From the human T2T-CHM13v2.0 reference genome, Homo sapiens: a DNA stretch of 64,000 nucleotides. Below are positions 47,640 through 64,000 of this stretch, in pieces. The notes beneath the pieces are model-generated. The model was not told the DNA's origin. It saw only the letters and a list, made by a program, of their open reading frames with translations, and did no database searches. The position numbers were made by a program, and so were the translations under genes. Within the stretch, counting starts at the first letter, position 1. Every line of letters begins with the position of its first letter. The stretch is taken from NCBI RefSeq assembly GCF_009914755.1, contig NC_060938.1. The stretch is one strand, 5' to 3'.

Positions 47640-47915
47640 CTTAGTATTTATTTATTTATTTTTAGATTTTGAATACAATTTGTTGTTTTCGTTTTTAATT
47701 TTTATGGGTACATAGTAAATATATATATTTATGGGGTACATGAGATGTTTTGGTACACAATGGGAAATAAGCACATCAGCCAGAAAAAAAGGAGCATGGG
47801 GTGTCCATCCCCTCAAGCATTTATCTTTTGAGTTACAAACAATCCAATTATACTCTTTAAGTTAATGGAAAACAATTTTGACAAATGAATTTTTAAAAAC
47901 TTATCCTATTAGTTT

Positions 47916-47966
<51 letters not shown>

Positions 47967-48066
47967 AGAGACAGAGTCTTGCTATGTTGCCCGGACGCAA
48001 ACTCCTGGGCTCAAGCAATCTTCCCAAGTAGCTGAGAATACAGGCATGCACCACCATGCCTGGCTT
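47640..48066 (-). mobile_element. L1MA/PB-type 3' end fragment, (TG)n and deleted AluJ/FLAM-like fragment
   Basis: TTTTATGGGTACATAGTA...CATCCCCTCAAGCATTTATC; (GT)n at ~47919-47964; GAGACAGAGTCTTGCTATGTTGCCC...CACCATGCCTGGC. Confidence 0.8.
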
Positions 48067-48080
48067 TACTGATTTGGGTG

Positions 48081-54400
<6,320 letters not shown>

Positions 54401-54770
54401 CATGGGTTTTAACTGCACAGGTTTATCATATACTTGGATTTTCTTCCACCTCTGCCACTCCTGAGACAGCAAAACCAACCCCTCCTCCTCATCCTCCTTC
54501 TCAGCCTACTCAATGTGAAGGTGACAAAGATGAAGACCTTATGATAATCACTTCTACTTAGTGAATAACAAATATGTTTTCTCTTCCTTATGATTTTCTT
54601 AATATTTTCTTTTCTCTGGCTTACTTTATTATAAGAATACAGTATATAATACCTATACAAAATATGTGTTAATCATTTATATTATTAATAAGGCTTCCAG
54701 TCAACAGTAGGCTATTAGTAGTTAAGTTTTAGGGGAGTCAAAAGTTACACATGGATTTTTGACTGTGGAG
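54401..54770 (+). mobile_element. Tigger2a-like MITE; its left TIR is displaced to 47589-47610
   Basis: Body matches both ends of the element at 39338-40336. CAGTTAACCCTTTAACAACATGG at 47589 continues as CATGGGTTTTAACTGCAC at 54401. Confidence 0.8.
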
Positions 54771-54777
54771 GTTATGA

Positions 54778-54965
54778 AGCAGTGAAGAGTGTGGAACATG
54801 GGCCCAGACTATGCAGCTGAATTCCAGTTCTGTTGCTTGCTGGCTAAGTGGCTATAGGTATATTCCTTATCTATAAAATTAAAATAATAACAGTAATTAC
54901 TACATAGGGTTTTGTGAGGATTAAATGAGATTTTACATACAAGCAATGCTTCATGAATATATCAT
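54778..54965 (+). mobile_element. MIR
   Basis: TATCTATAAAAT...CATAGGGTTTTGTGAGGATTAAATGAGA. Confidence 0.8.
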
Positions 54966-55363
54966 TCAATACATATACATATATTCCCTCGATCCATGAA
55001 AGGCCTTAAACTCTGTGGAAGACAAATGAACACAACATGGTCTCTAATTATGAAGACTTCACCAGTTAATAGGAATGCCAAAACATGAGCAGAGACAACA
55101 ATCATTCATTTCAATAAATATGTATCACCTTTGTTATATACACAAGCTGTTGTCCCAGGTGCTGAGGGAAAGCACTGTATATCATCTTAATTTATAACTC
55201 CTCACCTTATTGCATATATGATAATAAGACACGTTCAATATAAAGTGCGTTTGAAACACAGAGTTAGAAGTTATTGCCAGTAGGTGAAGGGAGATCGTAA
55301 CTAGATACAAGATAATCCAGATGCCAAAGATTGGCAGGATTTTAGCATGTTAAATACAATGCA

Positions 55364-55973
55364 TGTGCAGTAATGGGTTAACTCAACAGGCCTGGGTTAT
55401 TCAAACCCTACACATTACAAAGAAAAGGCTGACCCTTGGCTAGTTCCTTGGAGAAAAGCTCTAAGCCATTGGAATGTCCCACTTGATCAGATTGTCTTGG
55501 TATGTCTGGGGCCTTGGGCCATGGGCCATGCCATGGAGTTTATGCTAGCAATGTGATTTACAGTGGGGGTCTGGGCCATGCTGTATCAGACTTTCCTCTG
55601 AATGACCTGAAGACTAAATAACCAAGGTTGGCCACATGGGTGCCCCACACCTACGTAACAGACCTACAATCAAAACTCTGTAAACCTAGGCTAAGGTGAA
55701 CTTTCCTGGTTGACAATACTCCATCACATTGTCACATATCAATGCTGGGAAAAATAAGCACTGTCCATACAACTCCACTGCAAGAAGACAACTGGAAGCT
55801 TGTGCCTGGTTTCTCCTGAACTCTGCCCTATGCACTGTTTTTCTTTTTTTATTCCAATTTGTATCATTTGACTGTAATAAACTGCAACCATGACTATAAC
55901 AGCTTCTCTGAGTTCTGTGAGTACTTCTGGTGAATTATGGAACTCGAGTGGGGTCTTGAGGACCCCTGACACA
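55364..55973 (+). mobile_element. ERV solo LTR (MER77/MER21 group)
   Basis: TG...CA termini, ~610 bp, AATAAA near 55877, ends GGGGTCTTGAGGACCCCTGACACA. Confidence 0.8.
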
Positions 55974-56461
55974 GGGTGTCCAATAACCAGCACCATAAAA
56001 GATGGGTAGGATGTCAGCATCTCAAATATGGGGCAAAAAGCAATTTTGGAGACATGAGAGTTGCACCACAAAAAAAGCTTTAAATATTTCTATGTCAATG
56101 CAGTCTCAAGACTGGAAATGATTTTTAAGCATCTGAGACATATAGACATATAGATCTATAAGTAGTATTACCAATCAGCAATCAACAAATCAATTTCTAC
56201 CAGGAACAGATATATTCCACAATTTTTTATTTATTTAAGAATCATTCTATAATATTTTCATTCAGCTTCTTAGATCTCAGACCTTCTTTTTACTATTAAA
56301 TACAAATCATAAAGTATTTTTCTATAATTCTCATTTTAAAGCTAGTGATTTCTTCTGTTACATGTAGGGTTAAATCCTTTTGCTAAATCACCAGAATAAT
56401 TATTTTCAAACATTGATAGATGTTTATTCACTAAATTCAAAAAAACTGATTTGCAACAAAA

Positions 56462-56634
56462 TTTTTTTTTTTTTTGAGACAGAGTCTCGTTCTGTCACAC
56501 CCCGTCTCTACTAAAAAAATACAAAAAAATTAGCCGGGCGTGGTGGCGGGTGCCTGTAGTCCCAGCTACTTAGGAGGCCAAGTCAGGAGAATGGAGTGAA
56601 CCTGGGAGGTGGAGCTAGCAGTGAGCCCAGATCA
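56462..56634 (-). mobile_element. Internally inverted, 5'-truncated AluY-like insertion
   Basis: T14 plus 23 nt of Alu 3' end in reverse, fused to ~135 nt of forward Alu; flanked by CAACAAA(G)ATTTT repeats. Confidence 0.85.
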
Positions 56635-56741
56635 CAACAAAGATTTTTATAACATGTATTAAAATACTTTTTCCCCAAATTAGATCTATATTGCAACTCA
56701 ATATGAATAAGTTCAGCAATAAGTTAACTCAATATGAATAA

Positions 56742-56781
56742 GTTATATTCGAGGGCACTAACGTATGCCCTCGAATATAAC
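56742..56781. repeat. Perfect 16-bp inverted repeat with 8-nt loop
   Basis: GTTATATTCGAGGGCA-CTAACGTA-TGCCCTCGAATATAAC. Confidence 0.97.
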
Positions 56782-56965
56782 ATTTATGATCCTTGCTTTT
56801 TGATACTATCCTAGTATTTATGATACTAGTGCCTTGCTAACAGAAATTTGATCAGGTATGGTGAAAGAAAATTTTAGCACGGTGTTTTGCTTTCAGTGAA
56901 CTCGTCAAATGTTTACTGAATGAATGAGTATATATATAAAATGGAGGAAAAGAAGGAAATGATTA

Positions 56966-57324
<359 letters not shown>

Positions 57325-58599
57325 TCAAAATGGGATGATTGTCAGCAAAAATAATAAAATATGTAATGGAAAATAATTAGTCTAAAGGTTATATGACAAC
57401 TAAATAAAACAAATATTTGGAGTCTAAGTTTTCTTAATTATTGTGCTTCATAATAATATTAAAATAATTCACATATATCCTAGTTATAGAAAAAATATAT
57501 TTACATCCTAAAATTCATATGGAATCTCAAGAGATCACAAATAGCTTCACTGGACCCGATGGCTTCATTGGTGAATTCTACAAAACTGAAATAATGAATG
57601 CATACAATAAAACATAGATGGTTATTTGTAATCTTGAATTTGAAAAAACTTTCTGAGCCTGAAAACAAAAACAGTTCATTAAGGAACTAGTTGGTATATC
57701 TGGCTACAAAAAAATTACAAATGTCTGTATTTTGGAACACTATTTAAAATGTTTTCATTTACAAGCTAAATATTGTGTGCAAATATATAATAGACCAGTG
57801 ATTCATATCTCTAATATATGTAAAATGTTCTTACAAATCAGTAGAAAGGTATGAACACTTATTAATGAGAAGGATAATCAACATGATCAATTCACAACAG
57901 AAGTTTTTTTATCTAATAAATATGAAAAAATTCAACTGTACTAGTTATTAACTAAATTCAAATTATCAATATTTCCACCTGGTTTAATTCATCATATTGG
58001 CAAAGATATCTTTAGTTTATAAAAACCCATGTTTTTTCAGAATGTAGAAATGGTCCTCACCATATTTCTGGTGATATCTACCCTGGGTAATAATTTTCCA
58101 ATACATCAAAATCATTTTTGTCAGCTTGTATATCCAGTTGCAAGGATTATTATTAAAGTTTGGAGCATATCCCACATATCTCATCAACTATTTGGACCTT
58201 CTTTAGATAAACAATGGCATTCCCTTTGAGTATGAGTTGTTCAATTTTATAGTATTTGAAAAATTAGTCACATGTGATAGTTGGCAAGGATAAGGAGTTT
58301 GGGAGTATTGTGACTAAAGAACAGGGTTGCCTCCTAATATCCTTTTTCATAAAGGGAAGACAGCAACAAAGAGTATAACAAACAAAATTATGCAAAGAAG
58401 CTCATGGTAATCAGTGGCTCTTAGAATCAGGGAATCTTGTGCCAATGATCTTGCCTACTTCATATTGTTTTTGCTTCTGAAGCCAACTGTTACAAATTCT
58501 GACTCAGTCACCTGGCAGTAGTGATGATGTCAGTGATACCTGTAAGTGTATTTTCTATATTATCTGTTTCACTTGCTGTGTTCCAGAACTAAAATCAAT

Positions 58600-58885
58600 T
58601 TTGGCTACTATCACGGCATAACCAATTTTTCCAAAATTTAGTGGCTTAAAACAACATTTAATTTGCTCATAGAGTTGCAACCCAAGCAGGAATTGTCAAG
58701 CCAGCTTATCTCTGCTTTACTAGGTATCGACTGGGACAGCCTGAAGGATGGGGTTTGCAATCATCTGAAAGTTTGCTCATTCACGTGTCTGATGGTTAAT
58801 GCTGGCCTTAGGTGGAGACCTTAGCTGGAGATGCAGGTCAGAACACCTTGTACACGACCCAGCTTCCTCACAGCATAGTAAGAGA
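58600..58885 (-). mobile_element. MLT1-type LTR fragment
   Basis: CCAAAATTTAGTGGCTTAAAACAACATTTAATTTGCTCA. Confidence 0.65.
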
Positions 58886-58974
58886 GAGATACTATTACAG
58901 TTCCTTACTTAGATTCTTTTAATATTCCTTCCAGAACACACATTCCAGAGCTTAATCTTAAATCACAGGCCATT

Positions 58975-59197
58975 AGGTGAATGTAAATGTTGTCTATACT
59001 TGTATATTTCAAAATAGCTAAAAGAAAGGATTTTAAATGTTTTCATCACAAAGAAATAAATACTTGAGGTGATACGTATATTAATTAGCCTGATTTTATC
59101 ATTCCACAATGTATACAGGTATTGAAACATCACATTGTACCCCGTAAATATATACAATTATAATTTGTCACATAAAAATAAAACAAAATAAAAAAGA
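58975..59197 (+). mobile_element. L1MA 3' end
   Basis: CATTCCACAATGTATAC...AAACATCACATTGTACCCC..AAATATATACAATTATAATTTGTC plus A-tail. Confidence 0.85.
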
Positions 59198-60997
59198 AGC
59201 AAAAATCCCTGTGGATAATAAAACTAAAGGCTCTGGTTAATTTATTATAACAATAACAACAGCAGAATGAAAGAGAACAAAACCCTCTACTGAGCTGTAA
59301 CATATAATCAATTTTATAAAGATTTAGTCACTGATTATGCTGGCAGAAAGATTATCTTATGAAAAGTAACAAAATTGACAAACCTCTAGGCCCTTAATTT
59401 ATTTCATAAATTGTATTGTGATTGTTTCTGATTGACAAGAGCATTTAAACCTAGAACTAAACCTTTCTGAAGATATTATGATAGTTTATTTTAATATGAA
59501 GGATACACAGTCATTGAAATATATTCATACTAACATTTTATTTATACATAAATACCCTAGGAAGGCTGAAATTCTCTTTTGATGTATTGATATGCTGTAT
59601 TGTTTCCTTATTCTAAGTTTGGTAAACAAAAGTACTCTCACTATAGCTTTGAATTAACTAAAATGTAGAGAATGCCAAGCAAGCATAATTATTCCTATAG
59701 TCTTTCTCTTACAAGGATAAAGAAGAAAATCTCTGTGTTTCATGGTGGCCTTTCCAGGAAGCTCAAAGAAATTTTAAACATAAACGTCATCCCAACAGTT
59801 TTATTATTATAAATTTTGGACCTGATTTGGGAAATCAAAAAGACTTGGCAGAGAAGACAAGAACATAAGTCACAAGTATCCAAAGAAAAGAAATAGTTAC
59901 ATGCAATAATTTTAAATAAGTAACCATGACTATTAATATTTTTAGCCTTAAAAAGTAAGTAATCCTTTTCCAAAGTAATTTAAAAGTATTCAAAAAGAAC
60001 AGAGTTAACAGAACAATTTATTAATAAAAGAAATATCTGTTGTCTAGACACAATAACTTTGCTACATAAATGAAAGCAAAACAAAAACCCCAAATTCTAG
60101 TGTTAGTTTTTGTTTATGCAGTCCATATAGCAACTTGCAATAAAGTATTTGTAACCTTTTCTTTCTTTATATAGAAATGAACACAAATTTCTCAAAAATT
60201 TCAACATATTTCCTCATAGCTTTTCAACTCATTAGTTGCAAACATTATAATCCTATACTATGTATGGCCTCAAATTTTTCTTTTATAGCTTTATCAAGAC
60301 ACATATCTCTCACGAACATAGTTGCAAAACTCCTCAAAAAATACTAGCAAATAAAATCTAGGCAAACATAAAAAGAAAAATATTGCACAACCAAGTGAAA
60401 TTTACCCTAGAAATACAAGTTTGATTTAACATGCAAAAATCAATTGATGCAATTCATCATGCCAAAAGAATGAAGGAGAAAAATCACAATCATTTAACAG
60501 ATGCAGAAAAAGCATTTAACAAAGTTCAACAGCCATGTATAATAACTCTCTGCAAATTAGAAACAGAAGGGACTTTTTTTAACCTAATAAATTACATCTA
60601 AGCAAGACCTACAGTTAACATCATGCATAATTGTGAAATAGTGAATGCTTTCTTTCTAAGATCAAGGACAAAACAAGCATGTCCACTCTCACCATTTCTA
60701 TTCAACCAGTGCAATTGGCATAAATAGTAAATATAAAAGATAAAGATTAAGAAGAAAGAAGTAAAACAGTTTCTCTTCACAGATTACATGACAGTTTTGG
60801 TAGAAAATCCTAATGATTCTAAATGAATTTAGCAAGGTCTGGGGATAGAAACTCAATATACAAAAATAAAGTGAATATACTGTAGTAAACCATTGGAAAA
60901 TGATTTTTGATGTCATTTACAATAACATCAAAAATAGTAAATAATTAGGAATGTACTGAATTAACAAAGACATATGAGATATAAACAACGAAAACTA

Positions 60998-61291
60998 GGC
61001 TGGGCGCGGTGGCTCACGCCTGTAATCCCAGCACTTTGGGAGGCTGAGGTGGACAGATCATGAGGTCAGGAGATCGAGACCATCCTGGCTAACACGGTGA
61101 AACCCCGTCTCTACTAAAAAAAAATACAAAAAAATTAGCCGGGCGTAGTGGCGGGCGCCTGTAGTCCCAGCTACTCAGGAGGCTGAGGCAGGAGAATGGC
61201 GTGAACCCGGGAGGCGGAGCTTGCAGTGAGCCGAGATCATGGCACTGCTCTCCAGCCTGGGTGACAGAGTGAGACTCCGTCTCAAAAAAAA
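60998..61291 (+). mobile_element. AluY
   Basis: GAGAATGGCGTGAACCCGGGAGGCGGAGCTTGCAG; TSD GAAAACTA. Confidence 0.97.
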
Positions 61292-61567
61292 GAAAACTAT
61301 TAAGTACTGCTGTTATTAAAGAAGACCTAAATAAATGGACCAATATACCATGTTCATATTTTAGAAATAATATTGTTAAGGTGTCAGTTATTTCCAAACC
61401 AATCTAGCAATTCAACACAAATTCAATTATATTCTCAGCTGGCATTTTGTAAAAACTGGTGAGCTCTCTCTAAAATCTACATGAAAAAGCAAAGATCCTA
61501 GAATACCTAAATTGTTTTGGAAATGAAGAAAAGTTGAAGGACTCAAACTACCTGAAATTAAGATCTA

Positions 61568-61900
61568 TGCTATGGTTTGGCTGTGTCCCCACCCAAATCT
61601 CATCTTGAATTGTACTCCCATAATTCCCCCATGTTGTGCAAGGGACCCAGTGGGAGATAATTGAATCATGGGGGCAGTTCCCCCCATACTGTTCTCATGG
61701 TAATGAATACGTCTCATGAGATCTGATGATTGTATAAGGGGTTTCCCCTTTAGCTTGGCTTTCATTCTCTCGTCTGCCACTATGTAACACATGCCTTTCA
61801 CCTTCTGTCATAACTGTGAGGCCTTCCCAGCCATGTGGAACTGTGAGTCCATTAAATTTCTTTTTCCTTATAAATCACCAAGTCTCGAGTATACCTTTAT
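61568..61900 (+). mobile_element. THE1 LTR (3' end lost)
   Basis: TGCTATGGTTTGGCTGTGTCCCCACCCAAATCTCATCTTGAATTGTA. Confidence 0.92.
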
Positions 61901-62206
61901 GTATAACACACACATATATACACACACACACCACACACATATTTCTTTATAAAAATATTAAGCCTCAAAATTAATTTGAGATGGATTGTAGACTTAAAGG
62001 TAAAAGCTAAAAAACTTCACTTAAAAAGATTTAGCTACAAAGCTGCTAAAAGAAAAAAAATGGGAGAATATCTTTGAGATATGAAGATAGGCAAAAGTTT
62101 CTTAGGATATAGAAAGCCAAATCATGAAATAAAAATAATGTTAAATTAGACTTTATCAAAATTAAAACTTCTTCTCATCAAATGACACTATCAAGAAAAT
62201 AAATAG

Positions 62207-62483
62207 GGGCCGGGTACAATCCCAGTGCTTTGGGTGGTCAAGGTAGGAGGATTGCTTGAGGCCAGAAGTTTGAGACCAGTCTGGGCAACATAATGAGACC
62301 CTATCTCTAAATTTTTTTTTTTTAATTAGCCGAGCATGGTGGTAGATGCTTGCAGTCCCAGCTATTTGGGAGGCTGAGGCAGGAGGATCACTTGAGCTCA
62401 GGAGTTCAAAGCTGCAGTGAGCTATTATCATGCCACTACACTCCAGCCTGGGCAAGAGTGAGATCTTGTCTCTTAAAAAAAAA
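62207..62483 (+). mobile_element. AluJ
   Basis: GGAGGATTGCTTGAGGCCAG and GGAGGATCACTTGAGCTCAGGAGTTC (AluJ-type). Confidence 0.9.
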
Positions 62484-63022
62484 TGGAGAAAGGGGAGAAG
62501 AAAAAAAGAAAGAAAAAAATGAATAGGCATAGTACAAACCAGAAAAATATATTTACAATACATATTTCTGACAAAGAATTTGTATCCAGAATGTATAATA
62601 AGCTTCTAAATTCATTATCTTTATATGTATATATTAAGTTACAACATACATAAATGTGTATACATATATAGGATGTTACCTAATGATAAGCAGGCCGGCC
62701 ACTTCTCCAAGAAATCATAGCAACCTTAAATGTATAAATACACTGCATGATGATGATTCTGGACTGGATGCTAGAATGAAGGGATGAAGGGAAGATAGCT
62801 ATAAGACTAATATCAGTCAACTGAAATTGTAATACAAACTGTGGATAAGAATCCTATTTTATCAATATTAAGTTTCTGATTTTGATATCTGTACTGGGAT
62901 TTTGTAAGAGAATGTTCTTTTTCTTAGGAAATACATTCCAAAATATTTGGGTGAGGGCAGGTTGTCCCCAGTTTACTTTCAAGTGATTCAGAAAAAAACT
63001 AATATACATAGACACACATACA

Positions 63023-63054
<32 letters not shown>

Positions 63055-63219
63055 TCTATATATATACATAGAGAGAGAGCCTGATAACGCAAATGGATGA
63101 AATCTAAATATAAAAAGCTGTCAAATCTGAATAAAGTATATATGGGAGTTCCTTATACTATTGCAACTTTATTGTAAGCTTGTATATCAAATTAAAATGT
63201 CATAAACATTAATGGTCCA

Positions 63220-64000
63220 GAGGACTCTGGGGAGATGGCAGAGTAGGAAGCACCAGATATCTCTCTACCAATCTAGACACCAATTACATTGGCAGACTCT
63301 GTCTAATGTAACTATTTTGGAACTCAGGAGTCTATTGAAGACTTGAAATTCCCACTTCCAGGTTTGGATGATAAATTATGGTTAATTTCGGTCCATTTCA
63401 GCTCTTAGTACAGTAGCAGCTACTCATCCTCCACCCATAGCTCCATGTCAAGAAGCTGTATTTGTGTTCCTGAAGCAACCTTCACACAGTATTCAGGATC
63501 AAACGAGTGGGGGAAGAGGGAAGCAAACACCGGGGAAGGGAAAGAATCTGATTTCCACAATTACCACATTATTAGATTCAAAGGTCCAGTTTTCAACAAA
63601 ATACCACAAATCATACCAAAAAAACAAGAACGTATAATCCACTTAAAGGAAAAAAATAAGTCAACAGAAACTATTCTTGAAAAAGACCTGTGGCAGATAT
63701 ACTAGACAAAGACTTTAAAACAACTATCTTAAAGACAATGAAAGAACTGAAAGGAGATGTCGAAAGAATCAAGAAAATAATATGTGACTTAAAATGGTAA
63801 TATCAGTAAAAAGATAGAAAATCTTGTAAAAGACCAAAAAGAAATTCTGGAGCTGAAAAGTCAATAACTTAAATGAAAAATTTACTAGAGGGATTCAAAT
63901 CCAGATTAGAGAAAACAGAAGAAAAAATCAGTTAACTTGAAGAGAGGACAATGGAAATTATCAAGTTTAACAATTAATAGAATGAAGAGACAATCTGTAG
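63220..64000 (+). mobile_element. Old L1M 5' UTR/ORF1 remnant
   Basis: GGGGAGATGGCAGAGTAGGAAGCACC start; ORF1-like GAAATTCTGGAGCTGAAAAGT...GAGGGATTCAA. Confidence 0.75.

Larger units (their letters stand above)
60310..63210 (+). mobile_element. Old L1M ORF2/3' UTR fragments with nested Alu, THE1 and (CA)n
   Basis: GATGCAGAAAAAGCATTTAACAAAGTTCAAC (DAEKAF.K.Q) and AAGATCAAGGACAAAACAAGCATGTCCACTCTCACCA (..GT.Q.CPLSP). Confidence 0.85.

Noticed and set aside
56742-56781. Hairpin as a pre-miRNA or terminator
   Set aside because: The 16-bp stem is too short for a Drosha substrate and flanks do not extend pairing. Intrinsic terminators do not apply to this mammalian context.

Overview
Primate genomic DNA, almost certainly human, from the KCNH5 (EAG2/Kv10.2 potassium channel) locus. 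The only protein-coding sequence I can support is KCNH5 coding exon 1 on the minus strand (26746-26818, [24 protein letters not shown] plus a phase-1 GT donor), inside a CpG-island promoter at ~26.7-28.1 kb. Positions 1-26745 are intron 1 (exon 2 is not in the window), and ~27.2-64 kb is upstream sequence. The rest is mostly fossil transposable elements: L1 (including a near full-length L1PB), L2, MIR, Alu, MaLR/ERVL LTRs, and Tigger2 and MER5 DNA transposons, plus microsatellites. Nearly all ORFs in the supplied track are repeat-derived or GC-rich artefacts. I see no convincing new biological system. The best leads are: (i) a uORF arrangement in the KCNH5 leader (an overlapping uORF, an AUGA stop-start with a further uORF, and an open in-frame N-terminal extension); (ii) RE1/REST-like sites; (iii) an apparently twin-primed, internally inverted AluY; (iv) a young-looking perfect 16-bp hairpin with an adjacent duplication; (v) a Tigger2a split by an L1PB with a possible 3' transduction. 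Repeat subfamily names come from recognition by eye and boundaries of old repeats are approximate.
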